Assembly (NCBI GenBank): GCA_051362555.1
Contig: CM120644.1
Location: 20,978,534-21,042,533, forward strand
DNA: 64,000 bases
Reading direction: 5' to 3'
Source of the DNA: Lingula anatina
Lineage: Eukaryota > Animalia > Brachiopoda
In this document: piece after piece, positions 22,567-36,700 of the stretch
Layout of the letters: each line of letters begins with the position of its first letter
Position numbering within the stretch: position 1 is the stretch's first letter
Notes under the pieces: generated by a model
Seen by the model: only the letters and a program-made list of their open reading frames with translations
Database searches by the model: none
Told to the model about the DNA's origin: nothing
Program-made: the position numbers and the translations under genes

Positions 22567-25156
22567 GAAGATGTTAATCTAGATAATGAGGTAACCCTTA
22601 ACGATGTTTATAAACTCAGCAATCTGGAAGCTGCAGAATTGGAAGGGCCCATTACGGAGGCAGAAGCAGCACAAACATTATCTAAAATGAAATCGAACAA
22701 ATCCCCGGGAACTGACGGCTTTTCAGTTGAATTCTATATGGTATTTTGGAGACAACTAAGCTCTTTTGTTGTCAGGTCAATTAATTTTGCTTACGAAACT
22801 GGCCAGTTATCGGTGACGCAAAAACAAGGTATAATCACTTGCCTCCCAAAGGGAGATAAACCACGCCACTTTCTTAAAAACTGGCGCCCCATATCACTTC
22901 TCAATACTATATACAAGATCGCCTCGGGTTCGATAGCTGCAAGGGTAAAACTAGTGTTAGATAAATTAATATATCCGGAACAAACCGGATTCATGGCTGG
23001 TAGATATATCGGAGAGAACACGCGACTTATATACAATACAATGCAGTATACTGAGGAAGAAAATATTCCTGGGTTACTGTTATTAATTGACTTTGAAAAG
23101 GCATTCGATTCCTTGTCTTGGTCATTCATTCAAAAGGTTCTGACCTTTTTTAACTTTGGTGATTCAGTCAGGAGATGGGTATCATTGTTCTACAATGACA
23201 TCTCTGCTACAGTAAATCAAGGGGGGAATATGTCGGAATTCTTTAAAATTAATAGAGGATGCCGTCAGGGGGATCCCCTCTCACCCTATCTCTTTATTCT
23301 ATGCGCCGAAATATTGGCGGCGTTTATACGAAACAATGACAATATAAAGGGTATTAATATAGGTGCAAAAGAATTAAAAATTTCATTATATGCAGATGAC
23401 ACTACTCTTATACTTGACGGGAGTGAAAAGTCACTGAATGAATGTATGTTTGTCTTGGATAAATTTTCGAAGATCTCCGGTCTGCATATTAATCTCTCTA
23501 AAACTGAAGTTATATGGATTGGGTCAAAGCGATACTCTAATGATATCCTCTGCCCAAAATATAGATTAGATTGGGGAAAAACTAGTTTTAAAATGCTAGG
23601 GATAGAATTTGATGTAGATTTAGGTAAGATAACGAAGCAAAATATGGAGACCAAGTTAACTTCCATGAAAAAAATATTTAATCAGTGGAGAGTAAGAAAT
23701 ATAACACCAATTGGTAAAATAACAGTAATAAAAACATTAGCCTTGCCGGTATTGAACCATATATTTATATCGCTCCCAAACCCAGAGGAAAAACAGATTA
23801 AAGAATTAGAAAAGTGTCTTTTTTCTTTTCTCTGGAATAATAAACCTGATAAAATTAAAAGAAATATCATTATAAGAGATTATAAAGCTGGGGGCTTGAG
23901 GATGGTAAGCGTGAGGCATTTTATAAAATCGTTAAAAATTTCATGGGTAAGAAGACTTATGTTCGAAAATAAAGAATGGAAAAATATTATATCCAAATAT
24001 GTAGACACTGAAAAACTAATCACATGTGGTACAGAATATATCTCAAAAATCTTGAAAAACATAAAAAATAGGTTCTGGATTGATGCCTTAGCAGCCTGGA
24101 AAGAACTCTGTGGTACAATAATGGCCAATAAAATCAAGGATTTTGGTAACATTCCACTCGTTCTAAATGAAAATATACTTATTGGAAATAAACCTGTCTT
24201 CTATACATCGTGGTATGACAAAAACATTAGATTTGTTAATGATCTACTCCTGGACTCTGGGGAGTTCTATGACTTCACTGCGTTCAGGGATATCCACGGT
24301 ATTGACACAAATTTTGTCGAATACCATGGAATTATCTCAGCCATAAAAGAATGGCTTGGTGGTATTCCTGAAAAATTAAGTAAAATGGCCACTCCTTTAA
24401 TTCCTGATTATATATTGTTGCTCTCAGGTTGTTCAAAAGGCTCAAAGATTTATTATAAAACTTTAAGTAAAGTAGGTGTTCTTGAGATGTCAAAAGGTAT
24501 GAATAAATGGAAGGAGTTGTTAAATTTGGAAGAAAATGAATGCCCGAAGATTTTTGAACTTCCTTTCACAATAACAAAAGATTCAAAGCTTCACTGGTTC
24601 CAATTTCGAATTAATCATAATATCCTTATCACAAATTCACTGCTTTTCAAATATAAAATGGTCGACAACGGTATATGTTCCCTGTGCAAAGGAGCTGAAG
24701 AAACAACAGAGCATTTATTCTGGAATTGTGCGGTTACCCAAAAATTATTGATCGACTTGGTAGAATATATATTATCTAATACTCAAGTTACTCTACCTGT
24801 CTCAAAACGGAATTGCTTAGTCGGCTCTACGAGCCTCTCTCCAATTATTAATCTCATTATGTTGCAATTTAAATTTTATATTTATTTAAGAAGATGTTCA
24901 CAGGGTAAACCAACATTAGGAGGTTTGATTTCATCGCTTAGATATCTGGTGAAAACAGATAAGTCAATCTGTCAGTACAATTCAAATATAATTAAGTTAT
25001 TTTTAATTTGAATATTTAGCGTATGATGTAATTAACTAAAAAGTGTTATATAGCATAACATCTCTTATGTGTGAGTGTGTGAGCGAGTGTCTGTTTGTTT
25101 GTTTTTGTATTGTCATGTATTCGTGATGTATTGTGTCAATAAAAAAAAAAAAAAAA
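22567..25156 (+). mobile_element. 5'-truncated L1/Tx1-clade LINE
   Basis: RT ORF, AATAAA merging into a polyA tail at 25138-25156, and TSD AAAGATTCCA at 22557-22566 and 25154-25163. Confidence 0.92.
22639..25011 (+). CDS. LINE ORF2 reverse transcriptase, N-terminally truncated (no endonuclease)
   Basis: Motifs KSPGTDG, NWRPISLLN, DFEKAFD, GCRQGDPLSP, YADD and a C-terminal CxxC...HLFWNC zinc finger. Confidence 0.92.
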   Translation: MEGPITEAEAAQTLSKMKSNKSPGTDGFSVEFYMVFWRQLSSFVVRSINFAYETGQLSVTQKQGIITCLPKGDKPRHFLKNWRPISLLNTIYKIASGSIAARVKLVLDKLIYPEQTGFMAGRYIGENTRLIYNTMQYTEEENIPGLLLLIDFEKAFDSLSWSFIQKVLTFFNFGDSVRRWVSLFYNDISATVNQGGNMSEFFKINRGCRQGDPLSPYLFILCAEILAAFIRNNDNIKGINIGAKELKISLYADDTTLILDGSEKSLNECMFVLDKFSKISGLHINLSKTEVIWIGSKRYSNDILCPKYRLDWGKTSFKMLGIEFDVDLGKITKQNMETKLTSMKKIFNQWRVRNITPIGKITVIKTLALPVLNHIFISLPNPEEKQIKELEKCLFSFLWNNKPDKIKRNIIIRDYKAGGLRMVSVRHFIKSLKISWVRRLMFENKEWKNIISKYVDTEKLITCGTEYISKILKNIKNRFWIDALAAWKELCGTIMANKIKDFGNIPLVLNENILIGNKPVFYTSWYDKNIRFVNDLLLDSGEFYDFTAFRDIHGIDTNFVEYHGIISAIKEWLGGIPEKLSKMATPLIPDYILLLSGCSKGSKIYYKTLSKVGVLEMSKGMNKWKELLNLEENECPKIFELPFTITKDSKLHWFQFRINHNILITNSLLFKYKMVDNGICSLCKGAEETTEHLFWNCAVTQKLLIDLVEYILSNTQVTLPVSKRNCLVGSTSLSPIINLIMLQFKFYIYLRRCSQGKPTLGGLISSLRYLVKTDKSICQYNSNIIKLFLI

Positions 25157-26101
25157 GATTCCACAGTGCGTGTCAGATTTACATAAGGTCGCGCAAAGAA
25201 AACCCAAGTCCACATAATGACCAGTTAAACAATTTATTCGTCGGCACTGATCGGTATCTACATATATTCTAAGTAAAGTCTCCAACTCTTAACTCTCTGA
25301 AACTGCGTCTGTCCCTGCACTTCGTCTCTCCCTTCTTCTTCGTCTATCTCCTCTTCTCTTGGATATCTATTCCTATTGCTTATATACTTATTTTTTATCT
25401 ATGTTCGTGCACACAAACTTTAATTATTTATAATTGTATAGTTACTTTACCTCGGCGTTATACAAAGAGGCCGCCACATTACTCGACATCTATTGGACCA
25501 ACAGGTTACATCTTGTGACCTCATAAAATTTTTTTTGATCTTTATGTCGGACATGACAGATTGAAGGAGCAAATTCTGACGATGAATCCGATTTTTCAGA
25601 CCTGGAAAAGAACAAATCCAATGAAGATATGTCACACTCAGAACTTTCTGATAACAATGATTTACTTATTCATTATTATGATGTCCATTGTTGTTGATAT
25701 GTGAAATAAAGATTAAACATAATTTTAATTTTAGCAATCATCATAGAAAATGTTCACACCTAGCTGGACACCCCAGGCTGTGCAGTGCTCACATTGCCTG
25801 GCTAATAACCCATATGGTCATGCACAGACACCACCCACCATGTAGTTGTGTTACAAAGGCCAGCTAGCAGACCACAGAGGGTGGTTAAGGGTTAAAGGGT
25901 ACATAGTGTGAGAAGCTTTCTCAGAAAAAAAGCACCAAAACCAATAATAAAATAAGTACAACATTGATAAACAACTATTAAATAAACTGATGTTTCACAT
26001 TTCCTACTGGAAATAAGAATTTAAATTTGCAATTTGCAATTTGCAATTTTTTAAATGACTGATTTTATTTAATTCATACTGTTTATTTAAAAAAAAGAAA
26101 G

Positions 26102-27407
26102 CAGTCTGCGACGTTAGGCACTAGCCCGAGGCAATTGCCCACCTAAAGTGGCACCGGGCTAGTAAAAAAGATGAAATTTTATAAAGCACTAGCCCGAACG
26201 GGCTAGTTGAAATTTTGAGCCTTTTGTAACACTCAGTAAGATTTCAAAAACATAAGTCGCCAGTCTTCTTTGTCCCTGCCTCTAATTTGACGTTTCTAGA
26301 AAGTATGATATGCCTCTCAGTTGAAAAAACTCACACCTAGCTCAAACTACTGAATATTGATTAGTTGCTATAAATAACTTCACTGTAGTTATTTATAGCA
26401 GCAGTCTGCCTGATCAGCGTGTCGGCATCTTTTTATTTGACCAGTTTGTTGTCATGACTACAAATTGCTGTCAATCAAGTTACTGGATCAGACCGGAATT
26501 CCTTGGTACTAGCAACAGGTTTTGTCAAAACAACACTGTCTCCGAAGCAAGTGTAATGTATGCATTATCTCATAGAATATTTGGGTTAGGGCCACTTAGC
26601 AGACTGAGGGGTGTAGTATTCTATTTCCTTTTTTTGTTTATATTTTTTAATATATTATTTTAATTATATTTTTTATTTATAATTTTAATATCCACGAGTT
26701 AATACATTTCCTTTGCTTATTGCCTTTTAAAAACAATAAGACCCTGGCAGTTACATGTGACATAAATACCCTATGAACTATTCTTGACAATGTGGGATAG
26801 TTGGGTTTATGCCATGGCTACCCCTCCACACTTTGTCCTGGTAAAGTCCTTGAAAAGTTGTTTTTACAAATGTATAACCAAAAGAATTGTAACCAAAAAA
26901 ATTGCAAGACGTTTGTTTAATTACCCTTGCAGCACCTATGTATTTTAAATTAGGTGTGGCATTATATACCAATGTAATTAGAAATAAATTGTTAGAAAAG
27001 AGCTATTGTCAATAAAAAGAAAAGGAATTAAAAAAAAGATTTTGATAGCATATAAAAATGGAAAGAAAGGTACTATAAAAATATGAAAAGTAAGGGTAAC
27101 TATATTCAGTATTACATATTAAAAAAGGGATTTTTTTCAATATTAAATAATAAAATATATTTTTAATCGATTTTACCACCCCATCAACTGAAAATTAACC
27201 TGATTTACTTTGTTATTCACTTGCTCTACTTCTATAATAAGGTTTATAAGAAAGTACAGTATGGTACCACAACTCTTTACAACATCTTCTTACACTTTTT
27301 AAATGAATTATTTAAATTGGGCTAGTGTTTTTTGGTTTGGGCTAGTAAACTTTGAGAGTCTGCAAGCCCAAAGGGCTAGTAGTCTAAAAAGTTTTTGGCA
27401 CAGACTG
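26102..27407. mobile_element. Non-autonomous DNA transposon
   Basis: Ends CAGTCTG...CAGACTG, subterminal CTAGCCC/GGGCTAG repeats at both ends, and AGAAAG duplicated on both flanks. Confidence 0.7.
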
Positions 27408-30400
27408 AGAAAGCAAACTGTTAATATGAATATCAATTTAAAAACTTTAAAATTAGTGATATTTATATAAATAAACTATTATACAATGAATATTCTTCAG
27501 TTTTTGATGAAATTTATTCAAATATTATAAATTTTGAATATTTTAATAAAATAATATAACACACCCCCCCCCCCCCGCCCCTCCAGCTCACACTATTTTT
27601 TAAAGACTTGGTTAAAGTTCATGTGAATCTGTTATCAAATTTCAGATTTACAATAAGTGGACCCTGTACCCCAAACCCTGGGAAAAGCCCTGATCGAAAC
27701 CATGTTAAAACAGACTTATATGCAAGATTAAATATTCAGGAGTTCACAAGTATGAAAAATGACTTTTTATCTGAAAATAAATCCACTGCCCATTTTCCAG
27801 GCTCATTTGACTGAATATCTTGGTAAAAAAAATACATGTATGACTACACATATTAATGTTTACAAAGTTCACCAAGAGGTATGAATGGGAAAAAAATTGG
27901 TTTTGATGGACAGATTGGATTCAAAATCAGACACGTCAAATTTATGACCACCTGTCCAAAGGACAGGTGCCTATTAAAGTTAGTGCCTAGCCCTGCAAAA
28001 GTAAAATGTCAGTTGTGCCATCATGGAAAACTGAATTTTATTGCTTAATTTGTGATAAGACTGATAGTATAAAGGTCAAACTTTTTTTGCAAGACCTATC
28101 GAAGTGTATTTGCACCATTGGTTTCTAGGCAACAACCAGAAATATTTCATAAGTATGCCCATGGAGCATTTGTAACAAGCGGGTCGTGCAACTAGACTCT
28201 GATTATGACAGTCACAGTGAATCAGACTTTTCCGATTTGGGTTCAGAGCATAATGTTTCAGATGCTGTCAGTGAAGAATCTACTTGAATAAATTCACTTT
28301 GAGACTAAGAGTCCCTGTTTCAATATTGTTCTTGCCTGCAATTGGTTTAATCTGCTAATTTTCAAAAAAATTCAGGACTGGCTACATTTCAAAGTTGCCA
28401 GCCCTGCTGTCCGGCTTCAAATTTATACGAATTTCATACCCTGGTTTAAGTCTGTTTACGGGCAGGCGGTTTTAAGGAAATAATGTTATACATGCTGGCG
28501 AGCTATGTTTGGCTATGGACGGACAAGGTCGGCATAGTGAGTCTTTCAGAGGGATTAAGTGTAAACAATGGTAAGATGTAAGACACTGTAGGAATTAAGT
28601 AACTTAAATAGTTGAATGTCCAGTGTTAGCACAGTGCATAATGGGAGAGTTACTCTCTGGTTAAGATTACTAATCAACGTGATTTGAGTTTCTTTGAATT
28701 AACAGCTGGCTGGGCGGAACCTTTTCAGTGTCTTCCGGGCCATGGACTTATGCAGCATAATGGTCTGGGACCCCTTGGTAAAGCTGTGCCAAGGATATTG
28801 CAGTTATTGTGGATGACGACCTCGGGTGAAAAGCTGACCTGGTCCAGTCGCCATAGCAGAGTAGATGTCCACTTGGGTCTGATGGCGAGTTCAAGCCCAA
28901 GAGTGTTCCTTCCAAGTGAAGGGAGTCGAGTTACCCTGTGTGAAGGGGCAGATTTTACTTTTGTACCTTTTCAGTTCAGTGTGTCCATCCGGACAAGTCG
29001 AGTGGATGCCAGCCGACTGTGACCTTAGAAACGGAGATGTGGTGAAGATTGTCCAACCCCATGCCACGGGACATAATGCCGTAGCGGGCCGATCCCTTGC
29101 GGTGCTTCCCTGGGAACCCCTAGTTCCCGCTCACGTGAGTTTGGAGGTTTCACACGGAACAGACGGTGCTCAGGGAGTGGAAAATGTGGGCTTGTGATAT
29201 GCGAAGATTAACCTTGCTCTTTCGGTGCCAACTATCACTGGTCCCGAGTCAAAGTGGTTCACCACCGCCAAGATCTCCACTAATTGGTTTGAAGGTCTTG
29301 GCGATCTCCGGCGCCTTCGTCACTGGTGAGTGGGAAGATTGTCAGTATTGAGTTGGTATTTTACCCGCACCCTAGCGTATTTCTGGTAGAGAGTATTGCC
29401 ACATCCACATTAGAGCCGGAATCAGGCTGTTGGGAGGGGGTGCACAACGAGAGCTGACTTGGATTCCCCTAGCAACTGCGGCCGTGCGATGTGGTATGAA
29501 TTCCCTACCATGAGGACAACATCTTGAAGAGAGAATTATAGAACGGACAGCACCAAGGAGATGAGTGACATTAAGAAAATAACAGGTTTGAGCCCGTCGG
29601 CGTGTAGTGCTGAGATTATTTCTTGACCACTTCACTATCAGCCTTCGGGTTTGTCACCAACAACAACACTATGCCCATAAGATGACTATGCAAGCAATGA
29701 CGCTACCATGAGATGACTATACGTACGATAATCCATACAAGAAGATATATGATCTACAGGAACCACGGCGCTATCCATAAGATGACTACGCAAGTCATGA
29801 TGCTAGATGTCTTCGTGTCTTCGTTCTACTACCCAGATGATGCCGTCGCAGGCAACATTTGAAATTTATGAACTTTAATGACCATAAGTCACGTCAAAGG
29901 ATACTTGGAAATGCATGTACAATTGTGGCCATAAGTCATGTTTATATTGTGATTTTTTGTATTCAATGTTTGGAGATTTAATAATCATATTGGAAATGTA
30001 ATACATGTCTTTTTATTTCCAAAGGTTGGGGATAAACTTTCCCCAAGGTACAGGTAACATCAATCACATACTTTATGGGGTGTCATCGCCGACTCGAGGT
30101 GGACGGCCATGTCGCGTTGCAGTATTTTGTCATTCAGTGTTGCTCAGACAGAAGCAGAACTGTCTTTTTGTAACATCAAGGCCTGAGTTTGTTTACATGC
30201 AGAAAAAAGGGACAGTTCAGACCAAATTGACCAATGTACAGAGTTGGAAGTTCAGCCACCAAGATTCTAAGCAAGAGCACTTGAAATAGTGATTTTTTGA
30301 TAGGAGAACAGTTTGATTAAGATTCAATGAACAGCTGCTTAAAGTGAACCTTTAACAATAGCGGTACATTTATAGTGATGAGACAAAGGGGTTTGTTTAA

Positions 30401-30774
30401 GAATAATGACATATAAATAAACATGTGCCAGGAAAAGTCTAAGTATGAAGACATTAGAATGACTGGGATGGCACTGATGATGATCAAATTTGATCTGGTG
30501 TCATTTTACCATCTAGCAGTGAGAGAGTGTAAATAAGTTGGTCCCTAGGAAGAAGAATTTTTTTTTAATTCCAGCATCTTATCACAAAAAAACTAGACTG
30601 CATATTTGGGCCTAATATTTCCTAAGATGCGATAATGAACAAATGATAAACAGATCAGATCACACCTAACACCAAGCCGCAGATTTACTACAACCTACAT
30701 GTTCTCCACCTTTATTTTGTACAATCTAGGTTTTTGTGTCACTGGTCCAATTCTATCTGCTGACTATATGTTTT

Positions 30775-30946
30775 CAGGCCCGTAGCCAGTAATTTCAAAA
30801 GGGGGGTTCTTTTTCTGGAAAAGTGGACCTTTTTTCTGTAAAAACTTCATGTAACTAGATCAAATTTACCCAGAGTGGACCTTTTCCAAGCAAAAGGGCG
30901 GTTCTTTCGAACCCCCCGAACCCCCCCCCCCCTGGCTACGGGCCTG
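30775..30946. mobile_element. MITE (CAGGCCCGTAGCCAG TIR)
   Basis: Perfect 15-bp TIR and GTTTT TSD. A related copy lies at 59844-60008. Confidence 0.85.
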
Positions 30947-31729
30947 GTTTTACTCTACACTACTCTGACTACATCATGTGAAAACACAAGACTCTAATGA
31001 TAATAAATTGGAAGTTCTTTCCTTATATACTAGTAAACAAGGACAATTACATTACAGTGATTCCTTAAGCAAGTGAGAGATATTGAAGCCAATTAACAGA
31101 ATAAAGACAAATTGCAGGAAACCTTTAACACAATTAGACCAAGACTGATTTAAACATTAACTAGGAGATGAAGCCATAACTGAAGTTTTTCAATCCTTTT
31201 TAAAACTTGCAGAACTTAATGTAATTTTGGCTTGGACATCTAAATGCTTTTACTATATACTGACATCTGACTTGATTCATATAGAAGTTTAATGTAATTT
31301 ACTTAAATATTCTGTTAATATAATTGTCAGATGTCTAAATATAATTTTACTATATATAACTTGATCTAAAATAAGGATTTTCTGAAATTAAATTTGGCCA
31401 TGAAATCACCTTTATGATACACCTATGGAACTAGTTTGAGGTAATGAAAAATCATACTACTCAAACATTTGCTGCTGTTACATTACACGTCACTTTCATA
31501 TAAAAAGTTGCCGCCCTATCCTTTGTATATGACATAGAGGTCTATGTACAAAAGTTTTAAATTTTGTTATATTTTGTTGTCATTTGATAGGTTATTAAAA
31601 ATAACAACAAAAAAATGAATTAATTTTAAATTTCGGTGAAACATTAGTGAAATGGATTACAGTCTTGAGGGGGAGACAATTTTTGAAGGATAAAATAGCC
31701 TTCTGAACCTTGAATCATAGCCAAATTAA

Positions 31730-32200
31730 GTGAAGGGAGAAGTTTTTTGGGCTCCGAATGGCCACTTTTTTATCTATTACCCTTTCTGTGAAGGCAGAAT
31801 CTTCTTTTGAGCTCTTAATGGTCATATTTCCCATGTATTACCCTTTCTGTGAAGGGAGAATCTTCTTTTGAGCTCTAAATGGTCATGTTTGCCATGTATT
31901 ACCCTTTCTGTGAAGGGAGAATAGTCTTTTGAGCTCTTAATGGTCATGTTTGCCATGTATTACCCTTTCTGTGAAGGGAGAATAGTCTTTTGAGCTCTTA
32001 ATGGTCATGTTTGCCATGTATTACCCTTTCTGTGAAGGGAGAATAGTCTTTTGAGCTCTTAATGGTCATGTTTGCCATGTATTACCCTTTCTGTGAAGGG
32101 AGAATAGTCTTTTGAGCTCTTAATGGTCATGTTTGCGATGTATTACCATTTCTGTGAAGGGAGAATAGTCCAAATGGCCATATTTGCCATTTGTTATCTT
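31730..32200. repeat. Minisatellite, 61 bp x ~7
   Basis: ttaccctttctgtgaagggagaa recurs every 61 bp from 31777 to 32143. Confidence 0.92.
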
Positions 32201-33347
32201 TTTTTTGATGGGATTAAGACCATTAATTTTTCAACTCTTAGTGCATATTCTTAACAATAAAATAATCGAGTAATAAAAACTGAATACATTATTCCATAGT
32301 AAAATGAGGGCAATTTCCAGTTAAAATAGTGTAAATTTCTTAATCAGATACATCAAGACCAAAATCTTATGTACATAGAGCTCGGTCACATGCAAGGAAG
32401 ATCTATAACAGCAACCTTTTACTAAAACTTAATTGTTACATTTTGTGACAGCAATAATTATGATTTCAAATTTTAGAGACTTTTAGGTTAAGAGTATATT
32501 ATTTTAAAACTTAACTTTCAAAGCCTGGAACGAATTTCATGGGTGTAGTACACAGGTCTGTTAATGGTTTGTTATTTATTGCAGAAAGGTCATGTAAATT
32601 TGAGGTTTAGTTGTTTGCAATAAAATTTCCATTTTTTTTTTAATCTTGTTTTTGTACACTGTTATAGTTCTAGTCAGCAAATTCAGAAGTCATGCACGTG
32701 CCATTACTGAATTTTTTATTTTCTTTCACATTTCTGTAAACAAGCATTTGATTGAATTCATAATCCTGGTTTTGTAGTAATATTTAAACATATATTTACT
32801 AGGGAGCAAAATCTGATTACTTCTGTGCAGTTAAAAGTAATTTTTTATGTTATTTAATTTGTGTGTAAATTTATAATTAAAAAGTGAAACCGTTTCTTGA
32901 CAGTTGTTTAGACCATGAAAAGTCATTTAAATCTACTGAATAATCTACTCCTTAGTGGTCTTGTTTTACACCATATTTAACCATTCAAGTATATTAACAA
33001 TTTTACTAAAGAGAAAATAATATTAATTTATATGATGAAAATTTTTTGGATGATGAAAATTTGGGCCACCAACTCGATTGTTTCGAGCAATTAATTTTTT
33101 GCACCGCTGGCCTGTTTTTTTTTGAACCCATAAAATGGGCAAGTTTCCAGCCCTGGTGGATGGCAGATCATGGTCCTGGAACTCGAAAGAATCAGGTACT
33201 GTGAGTAGCGATATCACATAGAGGCTAGTAAGTAGCGAGTTTGGGTGAGTTATAGAATCAAGACGCTTGCGCTCGGTCGCAATTTGATCACAGGATCACG
33301 CTACCTGTTTTCAAGGAGTGTATCGATCAGTATGCAGTATAAAAACG

Positions 33348-33534
33348 GCCATGACATGAAGCAAACAAACACGTCTTTAGTGTCCAAATCATATACCTCA
33401 AGTGCCGACAAGGCACTCAGCGTTTATTTACATGCAAATCAGGCAGATGACCAAGTGTCACTGCTAGAGGCAATTACGTACTATACAGCTGTGTTTACTC
33501 GTTACAATCGAATGCACTTTACATAATGCTGGCG
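33348..33534 (-). repeat. 3' LTR
   Basis: Identical by eye to 38669-38855. Confidence 0.93.
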
Positions 33535-33755
33535 TAATCACTTTTCTTTCTCTTTTTCTTTCTTTCTTTCTTTTTTTTTTTTTTTTATAAAAGGATTAAA
33601 TAATGTGTAATAACGGCAAAATCAATACAAAAACATTAGTGCAGTATGTACAGAGGTGTAACAGTAGAGTGTCAATGTCAAAGGTACATGCAAGTCTCCT
33701 CTCTGTTTATAGATAACTGAGTGTCAGATTCATAGGTATAAACTCTTTTAAGACA

Positions 33756-36700
33756 TTATAACAAAACATAATCAGTAAGATATCTGGGAGTTTGTTTTTT
33801 TCTCGTAGAACGTCTAAGAGTTTGAGCTGGTTGTTCACATAGATCTGATGGAGTTTCAATTTCACCATTTTCGTTGCTTTCGTCAACTTGAGGCTGAAAT
33901 TCATGGAAAGAGTCAAAGTCATTGCAAGGTTCCTTGTCGTTGTCAGCAGTATTTACGTTTTCATAGTCTGACAAAGATAAGTCCGAATCATCGGAGTTGT
34001 CACTACATAAATCGTTGACTTTTCTCCATTTATAAACTGGTACCTTATAACAGTCTGATTGTTTAACTCTATAAGACATAGATCGTAGCTGATTTCCTAT
34101 GAATTTTTGAACATTGCACCAGTGACCGTCGACTTTTACCACTATGTAGCGATCTCGGTCGTAATTCTTTGTCTTGTCGTGATGTAAATAAACGATATCT
34201 CCTACACTGAGATTGTTATCGTTGGCGCTTTGTTTTAAAGGCGCTTTAGATTGCATACTACTGTCGTGGTTTTTCGCTCTTATAGAATGCTGATCAATAA
34301 TCAGTTTTCTATCTGAAGTGGGAATTTGTTGACAGGTGAATTGATCCCTCTGAAAAAGCATTTCCCTCGCAGACAAACCTCCTCGGCGCATTCTAGAATT
34401 GAGCTGAGCAACGCACAGGCTGAGAGTAGTTTGAGAAATAGAATCACGCGAGGGATCTTTGCGCAGAATTTCGTCTTGAAGTTCCTGAACTGCTTTTTCC
34501 GCCACTGGATTTTTATTGATGTTTTTGGGACGTCCTATTTCGATGACTAATCTAGACGATCGAAGGGACTCATCTGATACTAATGATTTGAATCCAGGAG
34601 CAGAATCAGTGCGAATGACAGCAAATGGACCGTCAAGTGGTCGCATTTCTGCACACAGTTGAATGAGACCTTCCCGTAAACTATCCTTAGTTTCGTCCTT
34701 CACAAAACACGCGGTTGTGAAAGAAGTGACCGTTTCTCTTACAATCAGTATATTTTGTGAGTGTCGTTTCATAATATCAGCGGCAAATGATGCTCCAACT
34801 GTAGGTGGGGGTTCTTCTGAAGACTGTTCCTGTTGAAGATGAGGAATTTTTTTCAAGGAAGCACATCGATGGCATGAATGCGATGTCTCGTCGGCTTCTT
34901 TGTCTAAGTTCAACGCGTAAAAGTAGCGTTTTACTACGCTCTTAAGCTGATAACTGGACGGATGTTCTAGACGGATGTGGAGAGCAGTAAGAAGTCCGCT
35001 TAACACCTGTCTGGGAACTACTATAAGATCACGTTCGTTTTCCAAAGGTGATTGACGGCGTACTACTAGAAGACCGTCTTTTGCGATGGTAAGACCCTCA
35101 ATGTGCAGATAACGTTTCACATTAGACACTCCGTTGTTTTTTTTACTAGGTCGCGTACCTTGAGATAAGTGGGCCTTAGTTCGACGTAGATCGTAACATT
35201 CTTGTTGAATTTGAAGCCATGCTTTCCGGTTGGTGAATGGTAGCTGTTTGATCTCGCTAAGAACATCGTTGGTGGAAACACTAGATACCACGCAGTTTTG
35301 TAGGTCATAGACAAAGCTGCAAACTTGACATTTCTGGTTTTGGCATTCTTTTGCGTTTCTACTTGCGAAATCAGTTGGAATATTATCTGAACCTGCCAGG
35401 TGTTGCACAGAAACGTGATATCTACTGGCTAAAGAGAGAAATGTAGACACTCGTGGACTTGCAGAAAATTCTCCTCTGCATAATTTAACATGTGCTTGTA
35501 CGCAAGGCTTACTGTCAGTTAAAACATGCGTTTGGTGACTTGACTGTATAATATATGGAGCGAAGTGTTTGATCGCAGAAGCTATAGCTAACGCTTCCAG
35601 TTCACACGGTATCCAAGTCACCTGATGTTTTCGGAGTTTTGCGCTGAAAAATCCAGATAAACGAAGCTTATCTCCGCGTTTGGCGTACAAAGTTGCAGCA
35701 AGACCAGAGTGTCGAGAAGAGGCATCTGTCACAAGCCAAAGCTCATCGTTGATCCGAGGAATCATAATAGAACGATGGTTGAGTAGAGCTTTCTTTGAAT
35801 TTTCGAAGGCAACAATATTCTCCTCCGTCCATGACAGTTTATCCTGGGACTGTTTTCCGGCAGTCATGCTATCTAGGGGAGCAAGTATCGAAGCACAGCC
35901 AGGTAGTACGCGTGCGAATGCTTTATAGGCACCAATGAAGGATCTGAGCGCGAAAACTGTCATGGGGCGGTCGCAGTTCGACAATGTAGATATACGGTGA
36001 GTGTTGGCAGAGAGAAAACCACTTCTCCAAGTCCATCCGAGGATTGTTGTTTCCCTTGGACAAATCACGGTTTTGGTCGGAGAAAGACGGAGATCACACT
36101 TGCTGAGAGCTCGTAGAACCTGTCGGAAATTATCCATCAGTTCTTTCACAGTTTCGCCGCCACAGTAAAGATCGTCGGCGATCTTACAAACGACGCCTTT
36201 CATTATAAGATCACCAAGGACACGTGACATCATCTCTTCTAATGCTGTCTCCGACCCGGGCATTCCCATTGCTGAACGTGTGTAGACTCTTACTCCCTTG
36301 AAAGGAGTAGCAACTCCACAATATTTCATAGAATTCTTATCCAGTGGAATCTGATAAAAGGCACTGGATAAGTCAGTGGTAATAATGTGTTTCCATCCTC
36401 CAATGTTACGTAATGTTGAATTTACGTCAGGTAAAAGAGACGGTTGAGGTTTGCAATATTTTCCAACTTCGTTGAAAGCAGTAACCAAGCGGAACGAACC
36501 GTTGCTCTTTTTTACCAGAAATGAAGGGTTCAGATATTCGACATTCACACCCACATCTTCCGGTTTTGCGAAGACGCCAACACTCTCCAGAAAATCAAAT
36601 TTCTCTTGTAGATCGACAAGTTTGTCTCTGCTATACTGGGGAATCCTGCCCTTCCTCTGGGGCGGTTGAGTAGGACCCATGTTTACCACCGATTTAAAAG

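Noticed and set aside
22791-24152. Minus-strand ORFs within the LINE
   Set aside because: Antisense shadows of the RT frame.
31730-32200. Possible donor-anchored array (minus strand AGG|GTAATA)
   Set aside because: Weak donor and no adjacent exon identifiable, so treated as an ordinary minisatellite.
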